NCBI GenBank assembly: GCA_048233475.1
Contig: DBFANS010000036.1
Coordinates: forward strand, 7,915-31,914
DNA: 24,000 nt
From: Collinsella aerofaciens
GTDB taxonomy: Bacteria > Actinomycetota > Coriobacteriia > Coriobacteriales > Coriobacteriaceae
Reading direction: 5' to 3'
The position numbers were made by a program, and so were the translations under genes. The notes below the pieces were generated by a model that made no database searches, had not been told where the DNA came from, and worked only from the letters and a program-made list of their open reading frames with translations. This document shows, in pieces, positions 17,467 through 24,000 of the stretch (position 1 is the stretch's first letter; each line of letters starts with the position of its first letter).

Positions 17467-18615
17467 GTGTCGGAAAATAGGGATTACTACGAGGTACTTG
17501 GCGTCGACAAGGATGCCGATGCGCGGACGATTAAGCGCGCGTTTCTAAAGAAGGCCCGTACCGTACACCCGGACGTTTCGGACGACCCCGAGGCCGAGGC
17601 CAAGTTCAAAGAGCTCAACGAGGCTTATTCCGTTCTTTCCGACGAGCAGAAGCGTGCTAACTACGACCGTTACGGCACCGCGGACGGCCCTGGTGGTTCG
17701 GGCTACGTCGATATCAACGATATCTTTGGCGGCATGGGCATGGACGACCTCTTCTCGTCGTTCTTTGGCGGCGGTGCCGGCGGTGGCGCCCGAAATCGCC
17801 GTGAGCGTCGTCGCGGCCGCGATATGGCGATCTCCCTTTCGGTGACCCTTGAGGAGGCGGCGCTCGGTTGCAAAAAGACGATCAGCTATGACCGCCTTGC
17901 CCCCTGCGAGGATTGTAACGGCACTGGTAGGGCCGAGGGCGCACAGGAAAAGCAGTGCAGCCGCTGCCACGGCACAGGCTATGTCACGACGGTCCAGCGC
18001 TCGTTCCTGGGCCAGGTTCAGTCCTCTTCGCCTTGCCCCGACTGCCACGGTGAGGGCACGGTCATCGACCATCCCTGCGAGACCTGCGACGGTCAGGGCC
18101 GCACACCTTCGCACGAAAAGATCGACATCGATATCCCCGCCGGCGTTTCGACCGGTCGCCAGCTGCGCGTGAGCGGCTTTGGCGAGGCAGGCCTTCGCGG
18201 TGAGCCCTCGGGCGACCTGATCGTCAACGTTCGTGTTGCCGACCACGAGCGTTTTAAGCGCAACGGTGACGACCTGTACCTCCTGAGCGATATCTCGATT
18301 GCGCAGGCTGCGCTTGGCTGCGAGATCGAGGTCGAGGGCATTATGCCCGACGAGGTCGTCAAGGTGACGGTTCCCGCCGGCGCCCAGTACGGTGACACCG
18401 TGAGCGTCAATAATTACGGCATGCCGCGCATTGGCGGTGGCGGTTCGCGTGGCCGCTTGATCGTGCAACTGCGCGTGGTCGTTCCCACCAATCTTTCCAA
18501 TAAGCAACGCGAGCTGCTCCGCGCTTTTGCCGATGAGATGGGCGATGACGTCGCTTCCGGTAAGAAGTCGGTGACCGACCGTATCAAGAGTGCCCTCGAC
18601 GATATCCTCGATTAA
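17467..18615 (+). CDS. dnaJ: molecular chaperone DnaJ (canonical type I)
   Basis: GTG at 17467 follows GGAAGGA (17453-17459). J domain: DYYEVLGVDKDA...VHPDV...[20 protein letters not shown] region and four CxxCxGxG repeats (CEDCNGTG, CSRCHGTG, CPDCHGEG, CETCDGQG) are present. CTD I/II is full length (GDLIVNVRVADHERFKRNGDDLY...). Confidence 0.95.
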   Translation: MSENRDYYEVLGVDKDADARTIKRAFLKKARTVHPDVSDDPEAEAKFKELNEAYSVLSDEQKRANYDRYGTADGPGGSGYVDINDIFGGMGMDDLFSSFFGGGAGGGARNRRERRRGRDMAISLSVTLEEAALGCKKTISYDRLAPCEDCNGTGRAEGAQEKQCSRCHGTGYVTTVQRSFLGQVQSSSPCPDCHGEGTVIDHPCETCDGQGRTPSHEKIDIDIPAGVSTGRQLRVSGFGEAGLRGEPSGDLIVNVRVADHERFKRNGDDLYLLSDISIAQAALGCEIEVEGIMPDEVVKVTVPAGAQYGDTVSVNNYGMPRIGGGGSRGRLIVQLRVVVPTNLSNKQRELLRAFADEMGDDVASGKKSVTDRIKSALDDILD

Positions 18616-18624
18616 GGAGCCCGC

Positions 18625-19917
18625 GTGCTCGCACCTCATATCTCTGTCGTCAACCTCGGCTGCCGCGTCAACCGGGTTGAGTCCGACCGTATCACTGCCG
18701 ATCTTATGCGCCTGGGATTTGCTATTGTGGAGCCGCAGGATGCCGATCTGATCGTCATTAACACCTGTGCCGTTACGGGCGAGGCCGAGGCCAAGACCCG
18801 TAAGGCCGTCCGTCATGCGCTGGCCTATCCGGGCGAGCCTTACGTGGTCGTAACCGGCTGCGTCGTCAACCTGCATCCCGAGGAGTTGCTGGAGCTCTCC
18901 GATCGCGTGATCGCCGAGCCGTCCAAGATTGACGTCGCCGAGCGCGTCTGCGAGGTGCTGGGTGTCGAATCCGATAGCGTTCCCGCCTGCAGCGATGGCG
19001 AGGTGGTCGATGCGCTCGGTCGCTCTCGCCTGGGCGTGAAGATTCAGGACGGCTGCAACCATCGCTGCACCTATTGCATTGTGTGGAAGGCACGCGGCCC
19101 CGAGCGCTCCGTGCCCGTCGAGTCCGTGCTCGAGCAAGTTCGCGAGGCCCAGGAGGCCGGCGTGCCCGAGGTGGTGCTGACCGGTGTGAACCTGGGTGCC
19201 TACGATGGCAAGAGCGCGACCGACGAGCACGTCGAAATCGATGAGCTGCTCGAGGCCATCATGGAGCGCACGTCTATTCCGCATGTGCGCATTTCCTCGG
19301 TCGAGCCCATGGATATCTCCGAGCGCCTGCTTAAGGTTATGGCGCGCTATCCGCAGCGTATCGCCCCGTTTTTGCACCTGCCCGTGCAGTCCGGTTGCAC
19401 GGCGACCCTGCATCGCATGGGCCGTCCCTATAGCGCCGAGGCCTTTGAGGACACGGTGCGTATGATTCGTGCCATCTTGCCCCAGGCGTCCCTTTCGTGC
19501 GATGTCATCGTCGGTTTTCCTGGTGAGACGGACGAGGAGTTCGAGGAATCGCTGGCGCTGTGCCGCCGTGTGGGTTTCTCGCGTATGCACGTGTTCCGCT
19601 ACAGCAAGCGTCCCGGTACCCTTGCTGCCGACATGCCCGACCAGGTGCCACCCGAGGTTATGGCCGAGCGCAGCCGCCGTATGCGGGCCGCCGCACAGGA
19701 GCTCGCTATTGCCGACGCTCGTCGTCGCGTGGGCACGGTCGAGCGTGCCGTGCTCGAGTATGGTGACAACCTGACGCTCGGCTCGTTCCATCATGCCCGT
19801 CTTGACGATACCTGTGGACTTACAGCCCCGTGCCTGCTCGATGTTGCTATCATCGGAGTCGATGATTCCGGCTTGGTCCATGCACGCAGGGAGGTTCATG
19901 GAAGCCTCGAAGATTAG
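18625..19917 (+). CDS. mtaB: MiaB-like radical SAM tRNA methylthiotransferase, probably MtaB (ms2t6A37)
   Basis: The N-terminal UPF0004 domain is present (VVNLGCRVNRVESDRI...LIVINTCAVT), as is the radical SAM motif GCNHRCTYCIV. The mtaB call rests on its position downstream of dnaJ, as with Bacillus yqeV. RimO or MiaB cannot be excluded without a profile search. Confidence 0.75.
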   Translation: MLAPHISVVNLGCRVNRVESDRITADLMRLGFAIVEPQDADLIVINTCAVTGEAEAKTRKAVRHALAYPGEPYVVVTGCVVNLHPEELLELSDRVIAEPSKIDVAERVCEVLGVESDSVPACSDGEVVDALGRSRLGVKIQDGCNHRCTYCIVWKARGPERSVPVESVLEQVREAQEAGVPEVVLTGVNLGAYDGKSATDEHVEIDELLEAIMERTSIPHVRISSVEPMDISERLLKVMARYPQRIAPFLHLPVQSGCTATLHRMGRPYSAEAFEDTVRMIRAILPQASLSCDVIVGFPGETDEEFEESLALCRRVGFSRMHVFRYSKRPGTLAADMPDQVPPEVMAERSRRMRAAAQELAIADARRRVGTVERAVLEYGDNLTLGSFHHARLDDTCGLTAPCLLDVAIIGVDDSGLVHARREVHGSLED

Positions 19918-20884
19918 ACTTATCGTTCCCGAGGGAATTGATCCCTCGCGCGTTTTGGGCGCCGGCGACGGCGTCCTTCGTGCGCTTGAGAGCTTGGTTC
20001 GCGCCCATGTGGTCGCCCGTGGCGATAGCATCTCCGTGAGCGGCGACCCGGACGAGGTCGAACTCGTGGCGCGCTTTTTCGAGCACGCTTTTCGCGAGGC
20101 GGCCGCCGGGCGCACGCTGTCTGCCGACGATGTCTCTTGCTGCCTGGCCGTCTTGCGCGACTGTGAGCACGAGGCTACGTCGCTTCGCGATGACGTGCTG
20201 CTTTCGTATCGCGGCCGCGTCATTCGCCCCAAGACGCTCGGGCAAAAGCGCTATGTGGATGCCATCCGCTCGCATACCATCACGTTTGGCTTGGGTCCTG
20301 CCGGTACCGGTAAGACCTATCTGGCTATGGCGCTCGCCGTTGCCGCGCTCAAGCGTCACGAGGTGGGCCGTCTGATCTTGACGCGTCCGGTTGTCGAGGC
20401 GGGGGAGAATCTGGGCTTTTTGCCCGGCACCCTTGAGGAAAAGATCGATCCCTACATGCGTCCGCTTTACGACGCCCTTTTTGACATGATGGATCGCGAG
20501 CGCACCGATGAGCTTATGGAGCGCGGCGTGATCGAGATCGCCCCGCTTGCCTACATGCGCGGCCGCACGCTGAGCGATGCTTTCGTGGTACTCGACGAGG
20601 CGCAAAATACCACGCCCGAGCAGATGAAGATGTTCCTGACGCGCCTGGGCTTCAACTCCAAGTTCGTGATTACCGGCGACCTGAGCCAGCGCGACCTGGT
20701 GGGTCGTCGTGGCGGTCTTGCTGACGTTGAGCAGATTTTGGGCTGTGTCGACGATGTCGCATTTTCTCACCTCGAGCGTGCCGACGTGGTGCGCCATGCC
20801 CTGGTGGGTCGTATCGTCGAGGCATATGAAGCTTATGATGACGTGCGCGAGCAGCGCCCGCGCGACCGAAAGGAGTCCCGTTGA
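19898..20884 (+). CDS. phoH: PhoH-like ATPase (PhoH/YbeZ)
   Basis: ATG at 19898 follows GGGAGG and overlaps the mtaB end by 20 nt. Walker A GPAGTGKTYLAMA, Walker B FVVLDEAQN and GDLSQ(R)DL are present. The gene lies upstream of ybeY, as is typical. Confidence 0.9.
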   Translation: MEASKIRLIVPEGIDPSRVLGAGDGVLRALESLVRAHVVARGDSISVSGDPDEVELVARFFEHAFREAAAGRTLSADDVSCCLAVLRDCEHEATSLRDDVLLSYRGRVIRPKTLGQKRYVDAIRSHTITFGLGPAGTGKTYLAMALAVAALKRHEVGRLILTRPVVEAGENLGFLPGTLEEKIDPYMRPLYDALFDMMDRERTDELMERGVIEIAPLAYMRGRTLSDAFVVLDEAQNTTPEQMKMFLTRLGFNSKFVITGDLSQRDLVGRRGGLADVEQILGCVDDVAFSHLERADVVRHALVGRIVEAYEAYDDVREQRPRDRKESR

Positions 20885-21390
20885 GTGTATTGATCAGCAA
20901 CGATGCCGAGCTCGATACGCTGCTCGACGCGCAGGAGGTGGAGCACATCTGCGAGGTTGTGCTTGCCGCCGAGGGCGTTGAACGTGGAGTCGAGATTTCC
21001 CTTTCGTATGTCGACGAGGACGAGATGCACGAGCTCAACCACGAGTGGCGCGGTATCGACCGCACCACCGATGTGCTCTCGTTTGAGTGCGATTCGGCCT
21101 TTGACGATGACATTCCCGCCGATGAGACGCTTGAGCTCGGCGATATTATCTTGGCCCCGCAGGTTATTGCCCGTCAGGCCCCCGGTTTTGGCAATAGCCC
21201 CGCTGACGAGTGCCGTCTGATGCTCGTACACGGAATGCTGCACCTGCTGGGCTATGACCATATCGAGGACGACGAGGCCGAGGTCATGGAGGCCCGCGAG
21301 GACGCCATCCTGCGCGATCTGGCGCTCGAGCGCGGCGAGGACCCCAAGCTAGTCCACGTCGGCCCCATCACCAACCACGCCCACGACTAG
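20881..21390 (+). CDS. ybeY: rRNA maturation endoribonuclease YbeY
   Basis: TTG start overlaps the phoH TGA. The zinc-binding motif HGMLHLLGYDH and TDVLSF are present. Start choice is uncertain (TTG at 20881). Confidence 0.9.
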   Translation: MSVLISNDAELDTLLDAQEVEHICEVVLAAEGVERGVEISLSYVDEDEMHELNHEWRGIDRTTDVLSFECDSAFDDDIPADETLELGDIILAPQVIARQAPGFGNSPADECRLMLVHGMLHLLGYDHIEDDEAEVMEAREDAILRDLALERGEDPKLVHVGPITNHAHD

Positions 21391-21399
21391 GAGCCGTCT

Positions 21400-21777
21400 A
21401 TGATTCCCGGATCGAACAAGGACCATCCGTCCTTCTTAAAGTCGTTTTCCTACGCCATGGAGGGCTTCGTCACCGCCGTCAAGACCGAGCGCAACATTAA
21501 GGTCATGCTCGTGGCGGGCGTGTGCACCGTCATTGCCGGCTGTATCGTGGGCCTCGACATTGCCGAGTGGGCCACGATTATCATCTGTTGTGGCCTGGTG
21601 ATTCACGGCGAGCTGTGCAACACCGCTATGGAGGCTATCGTCGACCTAGCGACCCAGGAGCTCCATCCGCTGGCCAAGCGTGCGAAGGACATCGCCGCCG
21701 CCTCTGTATACATTCTTTCCATCACCGCCGCGATTGTGGGCGTGCTGGTATTTGCCCACGCGCTCGACTTTATTTAG
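21400..21777 (+). CDS. dgkA: diacylglycerol kinase family lipid kinase (DgkA; undecaprenol kinase type in Gram-positives)
   Basis: ATG follows AGGAG (21389-21393). The product is a 125-aa three-TM protein with SFSYAMEGF...ERN and ELCNTAMEAIVD, characteristic of the DgkA family. Confidence 0.85.
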   Translation: MIPGSNKDHPSFLKSFSYAMEGFVTAVKTERNIKVMLVAGVCTVIAGCIVGLDIAEWATIIICCGLVIHGELCNTAMEAIVDLATQELHPLAKRAKDIAAASVYILSITAAIVGVLVFAHALDFI

Positions 21778-21789
21778 AAAGGGATTTTC

Positions 21790-22866
21790 ATGTCCGACAA
21801 TATGCAGCCTATCGATGAAACTCTGGACGACGAGTCCCTGGATGCGGTGGATGCCGAAGCGTTAGAGGCCTATGAGGATGTCGAGGAGTTCGACCCGTTT
21901 GAGGACATGAGCGACGAGGAGCTTGACGCCTTGTGCGACGAGGACGACAACCTCGCGGGCTTTGGTGACTTGGAGCCCGGTTTCCGCAGCGGCTTTGTGG
22001 CCCTGGTCGGTCGTCCCAACGCTGGCAAGTCTACGCTGCTTAATGCCTGCTATGGCAAAAAGGTCGCCATCACCTCGCCGGTGGCCCAGACGACCCGCCG
22101 CCGCATGCGCGCCGTCGTCAACCGCCCCGGCTACCAGCTGGTCTTTGTCGATACCCCCGGTATTCATAAGCCCAAGGACGGCTTGGGATCCGAGCTCAAC
22201 AAGAGCGCGTTGTTCGAGCTGAACGATGTTGATGTCGTCGCGTTTTTGATTGATGCCACCAAACCGATCGGCAGGGGAGACGCCTGGGTTGCCGAGCGCG
22301 TCAAGAACGCTCGTTCCAAGAAGGTCCTGGTGCTCACCAAGGCCGATGAGGCCGACCCCGCACAGGTCATGGAGCAGCTTAAGGCAGCCCACGAACTCAT
22401 GGAATATGACGACGAGATCGTGACGTCGTCGGTCAAGAACTTCAACGTCGATGCATTTATCGAGACCGTTGCGCACTTTTTGCCTGAGGGTCCGCGTTGG
22501 TTCCCCGAGGACATGGGTACCGACGCTTCCGATGAGACGCTCGTTGCCGAGTTTGTGCGCGAGAAGGTCTTGCGCCGCACCCGTGATGAGATTCCGCACT
22601 CCGTTGGCGTGATCTGCGATGCGCTCGAGCAGACCAAGAAGGTGCTGCGCGTGCACGCCACCATTTACGTCGAGCGCGAGGGCCAAAAGGGCATCATCAT
22701 CGGTAAGGGCGGCGAGATGATCAAGCATATCGGTATCGACGCCCGTCGCGATCTTGAGCGCATCTTTGGCACGCAGGTCTTTTTGGAGCTGGACGTGAAG
22801 GTCAAGGCCGGCTGGCGTGACGACGAGGCCCAGATTCGCCGCTTTGGCTACACCGCCGAGGACTAA
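21790..22866 (+). CDS. era: GTPase Era with an acidic N-terminal extension
   Basis: G motifs GRPNAGKST, DTPG and TKAD are present, with a C-terminal KH domain (IYVEREGQKGIIIGKGGEMIKHIG). The first ~64 codons are an Asp/Glu-rich extension that is not part of the Era core. Confidence 0.93.
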   Translation: MSDNMQPIDETLDDESLDAVDAEALEAYEDVEEFDPFEDMSDEELDALCDEDDNLAGFGDLEPGFRSGFVALVGRPNAGKSTLLNACYGKKVAITSPVAQTTRRRMRAVVNRPGYQLVFVDTPGIHKPKDGLGSELNKSALFELNDVDVVAFLIDATKPIGRGDAWVAERVKNARSKKVLVLTKADEADPAQVMEQLKAAHELMEYDDEIVTSSVKNFNVDAFIETVAHFLPEGPRWFPEDMGTDASDETLVAEFVREKVLRRTRDEIPHSVGVICDALEQTKKVLRVHATIYVEREGQKGIIIGKGGEMIKHIGIDARRDLERIFGTQVFLELDVKVKAGWRDDEAQIRRFGYTAED

Positions 22867-22881
22867 GGGCGCGCGGCGCGC

Positions 22882-23631
22882 ATGGCAGGCTCCCGGACAT
22901 ATCGCACGAAGGTTCTCGTCCTCGACAAGACGAAGCTTAAAGAGACGGACCTGATCCTGACGATGCTTGACGAGCGGGGTCGGCAGGTTCGTGCCGTGGC
23001 AAAGGGCGCCCGCAAACCCGGTGGGCGCCTGGCTGCGCGCTGCGAGCTGTTCTGTACCGTCGATATGCTGCTCGCGCATGGACGGTCGCTCGACGTGGTT
23101 TCCCAGGCCGAACTTATGGAGGCGCCGCTCAGCGCTGCGCCCGATTACGAGACGACCTGCGCCGCAAGCGCGATCGCCGAGGTCGCGCGCGTATGCTCGT
23201 TCGAGGACGCCGAGGACCCGTTTACCTTTGCTATTACGCAGCGGGCGCTTGCCCTGGTGGGCGGCGGGCTCGACACGGCGCATATGGATCTACTCGTGGC
23301 GGCATATGTCTTTAAGCTGCTGTCGCATGTTGGCTATCGACCCGATTTTTCGGCCTGCGTACTGTGCGGAGACCCCATGCTGTCGTATTTTTCGCCCCAG
23401 GCCGGTGGGCTCATGTGCGGCTCGTGCGCGTCGAGCGTTCCGGGTGCCGAGCTCGTGTCGACCGGCGAGGTCGCATGGTTGCGCGCCCTCATATCCATGA
23501 CCTTCGATGCGCTTATGACCGAGCGAATCGACCCGCATACGGCGGCATTCTTGCTTGGGCTTTCGCATGTTTGGGCTGCGACGCACACCGATCAGCGCCT
23601 CCGTGCGATGGAATTCATGTTGGGTCGGTGA
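22882..23631 (+). CDS. recO: DNA repair protein RecO
   Basis: The N-terminal OB fold is present (YRTKVLVLDKTKLKETDLILTML...VAKGARKP), as is the zinc finger CVLCG...CGSC. The gene sits directly after era, as in many bacteria. Confidence 0.9.
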   Translation: MAGSRTYRTKVLVLDKTKLKETDLILTMLDERGRQVRAVAKGARKPGGRLAARCELFCTVDMLLAHGRSLDVVSQAELMEAPLSAAPDYETTCAASAIAEVARVCSFEDAEDPFTFAITQRALALVGGGLDTAHMDLLVAAYVFKLLSHVGYRPDFSACVLCGDPMLSYFSPQAGGLMCGSCASSVPGAELVSTGEVAWLRALISMTFDALMTERIDPHTAAFLLGLSHVWAATHTDQRLRAMEFMLGR

Positions 23632-23769
23632 TGATGCGCAGGCGCGGGCTGCTTGTGGTAACATATCGGCCTGTTGGTACCTCGACCTTGGTTGCTCGCT
23701 CCACCGGCGGCTTCCCAGTCCGAGGCGAATCGAGTCGCCCGATAGCGACGCAAAACGAAAGGTGAAACA

Positions 23770-24000
23770 ATGACTGTTTCCAAAGAGCGCAAGGCTGAGC
23801 TGACTGCCCAGTTCGGTAACACTCCGGTCGACACCGGCAACCCCAAGGTTCAGGTCGCCATCCTGTCCGAGCGCATCAAGGAGCTGACCGAGCACATGAA
23901 GTCCCACCAGAAGGACTTCCACACCCGTCGTGGCCTGCTCATGCTCGTCGGCCGTCGTCGTCGTCTTCTCTCCTACATCAAGAAGAACGACATCGTCGAG
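23770..24000 (+). CDS. rpsO: 30S ribosomal protein S15 (3' end outside the window)
   Basis: ATG at 23770 follows GAAAGGTGA. Translating by hand gives MTVSKERKAELTAQFGNTPVDTGNPKVQVAILSERIKELTEHMKSHQKDFHTRRGLLMLVGRRRRLLSYIKKNDIVE, a canonical S15. It is missing from the ORF track because no stop codon falls in the window. Confidence 0.95.
   Translation, partial: MTVSKERKAELTAQFGNTPVDTGNPKVQVAILSERIKELTEHMKSHQKDFHTRRGLLMLVGRRRRLLSYIKKNDIVE

Noticed and set aside
17545-20232. An 895-aa minus-strand ORF, together with other very long antisense ORFs (12168..13967, 5748..7229, 21862..23283, 875..2200, 16114..17388, 14985..16142, 19850..20797).
   Set aside because: Each lies exactly antisense to + strand genes that carry unmistakable family motifs (dnaJ/mtaB, lepA, thiI, era and others). 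Their translations are low-complexity and rich in Arg/Ala/Gly/His/Leu/Asp, with no recognisable domains. They span several + strand gene boundaries without interruption. This is the expected stop-codon-poor shadow frame of high-GC coding DNA.
22867-22881. The GC palindrome GCGCGCGGCGCGC between era and recO, considered as a terminator.
   Set aside because: The stem is very short and self-complementary, no T-tract follows, and it sits directly against the recO start. It is more likely incidental or part of the translation-initiation region.
1-24000. A search for mobile elements, CRISPR arrays, tRNA/rRNA genes, and toxin-antitoxin or defence islands.
   Set aside because: No spaced direct-repeat arrays, terminal inverted repeats, or transposase, integrase or phage-like ORFs were found. 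No cloverleaf-capable intergenic segments were found either; all gaps are 239 nt or shorter and are accounted for above. Every substantial ORF is a recognisable housekeeping gene.

Overview
This window is a dense block of 25 housekeeping genes, all on the + strand, from a high-GC Gram-positive genome. Gene content and order suggest a Coriobacteriia-like actinobacterium, but that is inference. The order is: pyrB(5' partial)-pyrC-pyrK-pyrD-pyrF | mihF-gmk-rpoZ-thiI | comEA-comEC-holA | rpsT | lepA-dus-hemW | membrane J-protein-dnaJ-mtaB-phoH-ybeY-dgkA-era-recO | rpsO(3' partial). Products were assigned from family motifs read directly in the translations; no database search was possible. I found no tRNA or rRNA genes, CRISPR array, transposase, integrase, phage genes or toxin/defence-like genes. 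The many long minus-strand and alternate-frame ORFs in the track are stop-poor GC-rich shadows of the real + strand genes. I do not see a convincing novel multi-gene system here; this is core genome. The most unusual element is a DnaJ paralogue (16282..17385). It keeps the J domain, G/F linker and all four zinc-finger repeats, but three predicted transmembrane helices replace the C-terminal client-binding/dimerisation region. It sits directly upstream of the canonical dnaJ. In Bacillus-type synteny that slot holds hrcA-grpE-dnaK. Secondary observations are a roughly 60-aa acidic N-terminal extension on Era, a terminator-like hairpin inside the pyr operon, structured or repeat-bearing leaders upstream of mihF, comEA, rpsT and rpsO, and a possibly leaderless lepA. 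Several track ORF starts were trimmed to starts supported by an SD sequence and by homology.
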